64,000 nt of DNA from Eledone cirrhosa. Lineage: Eukaryota. Position numbers and translations under genes: made by a program. The DNA lies in contig OZ024758.1 in assembly GCA_964016885.1 (NCBI GenBank), forward strand, positions 36,518,001-36,582,000, given 5' to 3'. Positions 55,901-64,000 of this stretch are shown here, in pieces; position 1 is the stretch's first letter, and the number at the start of each line of letters is the position of its first letter. Under the pieces are notes generated by a model, which ran no database searches, was not told the DNA's origin, and saw only the letters and a list, made by a program, of their open reading frames with translations.

Positions 55901-58900
55901 GAAGTAACTCCACTGTTGGTGAGAATTCATTTAAGTTCATGGTATTAGTTTGTCAGAAGTAACTCCACTGTTGGTGAGAATTCATTTAAGTCATGGTACT
56001 AGCTGTCAGAAGTAACTCCAATGTTGGTGAGAATTCATTTAAGTTCATGGTATTAGTTTGTCAGAAGTAACTCCACTGTTGGTGAGAATTCATTTAAGTC
56101 ATGGTACTAGCTGTCAGAAGTAACTCCACTGTTGGTGAGAATTCATTTAAGTCATGGTACTAGCTGTCAGAAGTAACTCCAATGTTGGTGAGAATTCATT
56201 TAAGTTCATGGTATTAGCTGTCAGAAGTAACTCCACTGTTGGTGAGAGTTCATTTAAGTCATGGTATTAGCTGTCAGAAGTAACTCCAATGTTGGTGAGA
56301 ATTCATTTAAGTTCATGGTATTAGCTGTCAGAAGTAACTCCACTGTTAGTGAGAATTCATTTAAGTTCATGGTATTAGCTGTCAGAAGTAACTCCACTGT
56401 TGGTGAGAATTCATTTAAGTTCATGGTACTAGCTGTCAGAAGTAACTCCACTGTTGGTGAGAATTCATTTAAGTTCATGGTATTAGTTTGTCAGAAGTAA
56501 CTCCACTGTTGGTGAGAATTCATTTAAGTCATGGTATTAGTTGTCAGAAGTAACTCCAATGTTGGTGAGAATTCATTTAAGTTCATGGTATTAGCTGTCA
56601 GAAGGAACTCCACTGTTGGTGAGAATTCATTTAAGTTCATGGTATTAGCTGTCAGAAGGAACTCCAATGTTGGTGAGAATTCATTTAAGTCATGGTACTA
56701 GCTGTCAGAAGTAACTCCACTGTTGCTGAGAATTCATTTAAGTTCATGGTATTAGCTGTCAGAAGGAACTCCACTGTTGGTGAGAATTCATTTAAGTTCA
56801 TGGTACCAGCTGTCAGAAGTAACTCCAATGTTGGTGAGAATTCATTTAAGTTCATGGTATTAGCTGTCAGAAGTAACTCCACTGTTGGTGAGAATTCATT
56901 TAATTTCATGGTATTAGCTGTCAGAAGTAACTCCACTGTTGGTGAGAATTCATTTAAGTTCATGGTACTAGCTGTCAGAAGTAACTCCAATGTTGGTGAG
57001 AATTCATTTAAGTTCATGGTATTAGCTGTCAGAAATAACTCCATTGTTGGTGAGTATTCATTTAAGTCATGGTATTAGCTGTCAGAAGTAACTCCACTGT
57101 TGGTGAGAATTCATTTAAGTTCATGGTATTAGCTGTCAGAAGTAACTCCACTGTTGGTGAGAATTCATTTAAGTTCATTCATGGTATTAGCTGTCAGAAG
57201 TAACTCCACTGTTGGTGAGAATTCATTTACGTTCATGGTATTAGTTTGTCAGAAGTAACTCCACTGTTGGTGAGAATTCATTTAAGTCATGGTATTAGTT
57301 GTCAGAAGTAACTCCAATGTTGGTGAGAATTCATTTAAGTTCATGGTAATAGCTGTCAGAAGTAACTCCACTGTTGGTGAGAATTCATTTAAGTCATGGT
57401 ATTAGCTGTCAGAAGTAACTCCAATGTTGGTGAGAATTCATTTAAGTCATGGTACTAGCTGTCAGAAGTCACTCCACTGTTGGTGAGAATTCATTTAAGT
57501 TCATGGTACTAGCTGTCAGAAGTAACCCCAATGTTGGTGAGAATTCATTTAAGTTCATGGTATTAGCTGTCAGAAGTCACTCCAATGTTGGTGAGAATTC
57601 ATTTAAGTTCATGGTATTAGCTGTCAGAAGTAACTCCACTGTTGGTAAGAATTCATTTAAGTTCATGGTATTAGCTGTCAGAAGTAACTCCACTGTTGGT
57701 GAGAATTCATTTAAGTTCATGGTATTAGCTGTCAGAAGGAACGCCACTGTTGGTGAGAATTCATTTAAGTTCATGGTATTAGCTGTCAGAAGTAACTCCA
57801 CTGTTGGTGAGAATTCATTTAAGTTCATGGTACTAGCTGTCAGAAGTAACTCCAATGTTGGTGAGAATTCATTTAAGTTCATGGTATTAGCTGTCAGAAG
57901 GAACTCCACTGTTGCTGAGAATTCATTTAAGTTCATGGTATTAGCTGTCAGAAGTCACTCCAATGTTGGTGAGAATTCATTTAAGTTCATGGTATTAGCT
58001 GTCAGAAGTCACTCCACTGTTGGTGAGAATTCATTTAAGTTCATGGTATTAGCTGTCAGAAGTAACCCCAATGTTGGTGAGAATTCATCTAAGTCATGGT
58101 ATTAGCTGTCGGAAGTAACTCCACTGTTGGTGAGAATTCATTTAAGTTCATGGTATTAGCTGTCAGAAGTAACTCCACTGTTGGTGAGAATTCATTTAAG
58201 TTCATGGTATTAGCTGTCAGAAGTAACTCCAATGTTGGTGAGAATTCATTTAAGTTCATGGTACTAGCTGTCAGAAGTAACTCCACTGTTGGTGAGAATT
58301 CATTTAAGTTCATGGTAATAGCTGTCAGAAGTAACTCCACTGTTGGTGAGAATTCATTTAAGTCATGGTATTAGCTGTCAGAAGTAACTCCAATGTTGGT
58401 GAGAATTCATTTAAGTCATGGTACTAGCTGTCAGAAGTAACTCCAATGTTGGTGAGAATTCATTTCAGTTCATGGTATTAGCTGTCAGAAGTAACTCCAC
58501 TGTTGGTGAGAATTCATTTAAGTTCATGGTATTAGCTGTCAGAAGTAACTCCACTGTTGGTGAGAATTCATTTAAGTCATGGTATTAGCTGTCAGAAGTA
58601 ACTCCACTGTTGGTGAGAATTCATTTAAGTTCATGGTATTAGCTGTCAGAAGGAACGCCACTGTTGGTGAGAATTCATTTAAGTTCATGGTATTAGCTGT
58701 CAGAAGTAACTCCACCGTTGGTGAGAATTCATTTAAGTTCATGGTATTAGCTGTCAGAAGTAACTCCACTGTTGGTGTGAATTCATTTAAGTTCATGGTA
58801 CTAGCTGTCAGAAGTAACTCCACTGTTGGTGAGAATTCATTTAAGTTCATGGTATTAGCTGTCAGAAGTCACTCCAATGTTGGTGAGAATTCATTTAAGT

Positions 58901-61900
58901 TCATGGTATTAGCTGTCAGAAGTCACTCCACTGTTGGTGAGAATTCATTTAAGTTCATGGTACTAGCTGTCAGAAGTAACCCCAATGTTGGTGAGAATTC
59001 ATTTAAGTTCATGGTATTAGCTGTCAGAAGTCACTCCAATGTTGGTGAGAATTCATTTAAGTTCATGGTATTAGCTGTCAGAAGTAACTCCACTGTTGGT
59101 GAGAATTCATTTAAGTTCATGGTATTAGCTGTCAGAAGGAACTCCACTGTTGGTGAGAATTCATTTAAGTTCATGGTATTAGCTGTCAGAAGGAACTCCA
59201 CTGTTGGTGAGAATTCATTTAAGTTCATGGTACTAGCTGTCAGAAGTAACTCCACTGTTGGTGAGAATTCATTTAAGTTCATGGTATTAGCTGTCAGAAG
59301 GAACTCCACTGTTGGTGAGAATTCATTTAAGTTCATGGTATTAGCTGTCAGAAGGAACGCCACTGTTGGTGAGAATTCATTTAAGTTCATGGTATTAGTT
59401 TGTCAGAAGTAACTCCACTGTTGGTGAGAATTCATTTAAGTCATGGTATTAGTTGTCAGAAGTAACTCCAATGTTGGTGAGAATTCATTTAAGCCATGGT
59501 ACTAGCTGTCAGAAGTAACTCCAATGTTGGTGAGAATTCATTTAAGTTCATGGTATTAGCTGTCAGAACGAACTCCACTGTTGGTGAGAATTCATTTAAG
59601 TTCATGGTATTAGCTGTCAGAAGTAACTCCACTGTTGGTGAGAATTCATTTAAGTTCATGGTACTAGCTGTCAGAAGTAACTCCAATGTTGGTGAGAATT
59701 CATTTAAGTTCATGGTATTAGCTGTCAGAAGTAACTCCACTGTTGGTGAGAATTCATTTAAGTTCATGGTAATAGCTGTCAGAAGTAACTCCACTGTTGG
59801 TGAGAATTCATTTAAGTCATGTTATTAGCTGTCAGAAGTAACTCCAATGTTGGTGAGAATTCATTTAAGTCATGGTACTAGCTGTCAGAAGTAACTCCAA
59901 TGTTGGTGAGAATTCATTTAAGTTCATGGTATTAGCTGTCAGAAGTAACTCCACTGTTGGTGAGAATTCATTTAAGTTCATGGTATTAGCTGTCAGAAGT
60001 AACTCCACTGTTGGTGAGAATTCATTTAAGTCATGGTATTAGCTGTCAGAAGTAACTCCACTGTTGGTGAGAATTCATTTAAGTTCATGGTATTAGCTGT
60101 CAGAAGGAACGCCACTGTTGGTGAGAATTCATTTAAGTTCATGGTATTAGCTGTCAGAAGTAACTCCACTGTTGGTGAGAATTCATTTAAGTTCATGGTA
60201 TTAGCTGTCAGAAGTAACTCTACTGTTGGTGAGAATTCATTTAAGTTCATGGTACTAGCTGTCAGAAGTAACTCCACTGTTGGTGAGAATTCATTTAAGT
60301 TCATGGTATTAGCTGTCAGAAGTCACTCCAATGTTGGTGAGAATTCATTTAAGTTCATGGTATTAGCTGTCAGAAGTCACTCCACTGTTGGTGAGAATTC
60401 ATTTAAGTTCATGGTACTAGCTGTCAGAAGTAACCCCAATGTTGGTGAGAATTCATTTAAGTTCATGGTATTAGCTGTCAGAAGTCACTCCAATGTTGGT
60501 GAGAATTCATTTAAGTTCATGGTATTAGCTGTCAGAAGTAACTCCACTGTTGGTGAGAATTCATTTAAGTTCATGGTATTAGCTGTCAGAAGGAACTCCA
60601 CTGTTGGTGAGAATTCATTTAAGTTCATGGTACTAGCTGTCAGAAGTAACTCCACTGTTGGTGAGAATTCATTTAAGTTCATGGTATTAGTTTGTCAGAA
60701 GTAACTCCACTGTTGGTGAGAATTCATTTAAGTTCATGGTATTAGCTGTCAGAAGTAACTCCACTGTTGGTGAGAATTTATTTAAGTTCATGGTACTAGC
60801 TGTCAGAAGTAACTTCACTGTTGGTGAGAATTCATTTAAGTTCATGGTATTAGTTTGTCAGAATTAACTCCACTGTTGGTGAGAATTCATTTAAGTCATG
60901 GTATTAGTTGTCAGAAGTAACTCCAATGTTGGTGAGAATTCATTTAAGTTCATGGTATTAGCTGTCAGAAGGAACTCCACTGTTGGTGAGAATTCATTTA
61001 AGTTCATGGTATTAGCTGTCAGAAGGAACTCCAATGTTGGTGAGAATTCATTTAAGTCATGGTACTAGCTGTCAGAAGTAACTCCACTGTTGGTGAGAAT
61101 TCATTTAAGTTCATGGTATTAGCTGTCAGAAGGAACTCCACTGTTGGTGAGAATTCATTTAAGTTCATGGTATTAGCTGTCAGAAGGAACGCCACTGTTG
61201 GTGAGAATTCATTTAAGTTCATGGTATTAGCTGTCAGAAGTAACTCCAATGTTGGTGAGAATTCATTTAAGTTCATGGTATTAGCTGTCAGAAGGAACTC
61301 CACTGTTGGTGAGAATTCATTTAAGTTCATGGTATTAGCTGTCAGAAGTAACTCCACTGTTGGTGAGAATTCATTTAAGTCATGGTATTAGCTGTCAGAA
61401 GTAACTCCATTGTTGGTGAGAATTCATTTAAGTCATGGTACTAGCTGTCAGAAGTAACTCCAATGTTGGTGAGAATTCATTTAAGTCATGGTACTAGCTG
61501 TCAGAAGTAACTCCAATGTTGGTGAGAATTCATTTAAGTTCATGGTATTAGCTGTCAGAAGGAACTCCACCGTTGGTGAGAATTCATTTAAGTTCATGGT
61601 ATTAGCTGTCAGAAGTAACTCCACTGTTGGTGAGAATTCATTTAAGTTCATGGTATTAGCTGTCAGAAGTAACTCCACTGTTGGTGAGAATTCATTTAAG
61701 TTCATGGTACTAACTGTCAGAAGTAACTCCAATGTTGGTGAGAATTCATTTAAGTTCATGGTATTAGCTGTCAGAAGTAACTCCACTGTTGGTGAGAATT
61801 CATTTAAGTCATGGTATTAGCTGTCAGAAGTAACTCCAATGTTGGTGAGAATTCATTTAAGTTCATGGTATTAGCTGTCAGAAGTAACTCCAATGTTGGT

Positions 61901-64000
61901 GAGAATTCATTTAAGTTCATGGTATTAGCTGTCAGAAGGAACTCCACTGTTGCTGAGAATTCATTTAAGTTCATGGTATTAGCTGTCAGAAGTAACTCCA
62001 CTGTTGGTGAGAATTCATTTAAGTTCATGGTACTAGCTGTCAGAAGTAACTCCACTGTTGGTGAGAATTCATTTAAGTTCATGGTATTAGCTGTCAGAAG
62101 TCACTCCAATGTTGGTGAGAATTCATTTAAGTTCATGGTATTAGCTGTCAGAAGTCACTCCACTGTTGGTGAGAATTCATTTAAGTTCATGGTACTAGCT
62201 GTCAGAAGTAACCCCAATGTTGGTGAGAATTCATTTAAGTTCATGGTATTAGCTGTCAGAAGTCACTCCAATGTTGGTGAGAATTCATTTAAGTTCATGG
62301 TATTAGCTGTCAGAAGTAACTCCACTGTTGGTGAGAATTCATTTAAGTCCATGGTATTAGCTGTCAGAAGTAACTCCACTGTTGGTGAGAATTCATTTAA
62401 CTTCATGGTATTAGCTGTCAGAAGGAACTCCACTGTTGGTGAGAATTCATTTAAGTTCATGGTACTAGCTGTCAGAAGTAACTCCACTGTTGGTGAGAAT
62501 TCATTTAAGTTCATGGTATTAGTTTGTCAGAAGTAACTCCACTGTTGGTGAGAATTCATTTAAGTCATGGTATTAGTTGTCAGAAGTAACTCCAATGTTG
62601 GTGAGAATTCATTTAAGCCATGGTACTAGCTGTCAGAAGTAACTCCAATGTAGGTGAGAATTCATTTAAGTTCATGGTATTAGCTGTCAGAACGAACTCC
62701 ACTGTTGGTGAAAATTCATTTAAGTTCATGGTATTAGCTGTCAGAAGTAACTCCACTGTTGGTGAGAATTCATTTAAGTTCATGGTACTAGCTGTCAGAA
62801 GTAACTCCAATGTTGGTGAGAATTCATTTAAGTTCATGGTATTAGCTGTCAGAAGTAACTCCACTGTTGGTGAGAGTTCATTTAAGTCATGGTATTAGCT
62901 GTCAGAAGTAACTCCAATGTTGGTGAGAATTCATTTAAGTTCATGGTATTAGCTGTCAGAAGTAACTCCACTGTTAGTGAGAATTCATTTAAGTTCATGG
63001 TATTAGCTGTCAGAAGTAACTCCACTGTTGGTGAGAATTCATTTAAGTTCATGGTACTAGCTGTCAGAAGTAACTCCACTGTTGGTGAGAATTCATTTAA
63101 GTTCATGGTATTAGTTTGTCAGAAGTAACTCCACTGTTGGTGAGAATTCATTTAAGTCATGGTATTAGTTGTCAGAAGTAACTCCAATGTTGGTGAGAAT
63201 TCATTTAAGTTCATGGTATTAGCTGTCAGAAGGAACTCCGCTGTTGGTGAGAATTCATTTAAGTTCATGGTATTAGCTGTCAGAAGGAACTCCAATGTTG
63301 GTGAGAATTCATTTAAGTCATGGTACTAGCTGTCAGAAGTAACTCCACTGTTGGTGAGAATTCATTTAAGTTCATGGTATTAGCTGTCAGAAGGAACTCC
63401 ACTGTTGGTGAGAATTCATTTAAGTTCATGGTACTAGCTGTCAGAAGTAACTCCACTGTTGGTGAGAATTCATTTAAGTCATGGTATTAGTTGTCAGAAG
63501 TAACTCCAATGTTGGTGAGAATTCATTTAAGCCATGGTACTAGCTGTCAGAAGTAACTCCAATGTTGGTGAGAATTCATTTAATTTCATGGTATTAGCTG
63601 TCAGAACGAACTCCACTGTTGGTGAGAATTCATTTAAGTTCATGGTATTAGCTGTCAGAAGTAACTCCACTGTTGGTGAGAATTCATTTAAGTTCATGGT
63701 ACCAGCTGTCAGAAGTAACTCCAATGTTGGTGAGAATTCATTTAAGTTCATGGTATTAGCTGTCAGAAGTAACTCCACTGTTGGTGAGAGTTCATTTAAG
63801 TCATGGTATTAGCTGTCAGAAGTAACTCCAATGTTGGTGAGAATTCATTTAAGTTCATGGTATTAGCTGTCAGAAGTAACGCCACAGTTGGTGAGAATTC
63901 ATTTAAGTTCATGGTATTAGCTGTCAGAAGTAACTCCACTGTTGGTGAGAATTCATTTAAGTTCATGGTACTAGCTGTCAGAAGTAACTCCACCGTTGGT
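49950..64000. repeat. Right-domain ~9.8-10.2 kb higher-order duplication (~50.0-53.8 kb recurs at ~59.8-64 kb)
   Basis: Private markers occur in pairs: AACTTCACTG ~51008/~60811 and GAATTAACTC ~51058/~60862 (offset 9804); AAGTCCATGG and TTTAACTTC ~52115-52165/~62348-62400 (10233); AACGCCACAG ~53701/~63879 (10178). Confidence 0.9.
52330..55960. repeat. Duplicated ~0.6-kb block at 3067-bp offset (52387-52895 vs 55454-55962)
   Basis: Both copies share the ordered variants AAGCCATGG, AATGTAGG, AGAACGAAC, GTGAAAATTC, GAGAGTTC and GTTAGTGAG. Confidence 0.85.

Larger units (their letters stand above)
1..64000. repeat. Tandem satellite DNA array, 54-bp monomer (53- and 55-bp variants), ~1,190 head-to-tail copies, running off both window edges
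   Basis: Consensus ATGGTATTAGCTGTCAGAAGTAACTCCACTGTTGGTGAGAATTCATTTAAGTTC recurs continuously (e.g. ATG at 38, 92, 146). Most monomers differ from consensus at only 0-3 positions. GAATTC is present in nearly every unit. Confidence 0.99.

Noticed and set aside
58579-59412. Longest ORF (277 aa) as a repeat surface protein or glycoprotein with NST/NAT sequons
   Set aside because: It is simply a run of about 15 monomers without an indel. It has no signal peptide, anchor or distinguishing sequence.
1-64000. Numerous ORFs of 61-277 aa on both strands as protein-coding genes
   Set aside because: All are translations of the same 54-bp unit. Their starts and ends are set by recurrent 1-bp indels or the CAC variant. 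There is no unique N- or C-terminal domain and no intergenic sequence.
1-64000. CRISPR array or other repeat-spacer system
   Set aside because: There are no unique spacers: the full 54 bp is repeated with only a few substitutions. No leader or cas genes are present.
1-64000. Rolling-circle, PCR concatemer or synthetic artefact
   Set aside because: Rare variants recur in the same order at multi-kb offsets with nested structure, which random errors on a single template would not produce. Local mis-assembly of copy number cannot be excluded.
1-64000. Telomeric repeat, tRNA/5S/snRNA tandem gene array, or transposon
   Set aside because: There is no G-rich telomere motif, no recognisable structured-RNA fold or Pol III box pattern, and no terminal repeats or transposase/RT coding sequence.
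1-64000. Variant order as an information-bearing code or diversity-generating cassette system
   Set aside because: The order is adequately explained by nested tandem duplication and whole-monomer indels. No recombinase, reverse transcriptase or expression locus is present in the window.

Overview
The whole 64 kb window is one head-to-tail tandem satellite array of a 54-bp monomer, consensus ATGGTATTAGCTGTCAGAAGTAACTCCACTGTTGGTGAGAATTCATTTAAGTTC (20/54 GC, no CpG, one EcoRI and one AluI site). There are roughly 1,190 copies (64,000 / ~53.9 bp). All lie in one orientation, and I saw no unique sequence, inversion or transposon insertion. I find no credible gene, RNA gene or CRISPR array. The ORF track is a by-product of a 54-bp (3x18) unit that has one stop-free frame on each strand and is broken by recurrent 53- and 55-bp monomers. 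The informative structure is the order of monomer variants. It shows nested, irregular higher-order duplications at about 0.43, 0.49, 0.65, 0.97, 2.1, 3.1-3.2, 5.3, 8.1-8.8 and 9.8-11.6 kb. These fall into three domains, each with its own diagnostic variants. The pattern resembles a eukaryotic centromeric, pericentromeric or other heterochromatic satellite, but organism and function cannot be determined from the sequence. Offsets were derived by hand from marker variants and ORF-track coordinates, so block boundaries are approximate.
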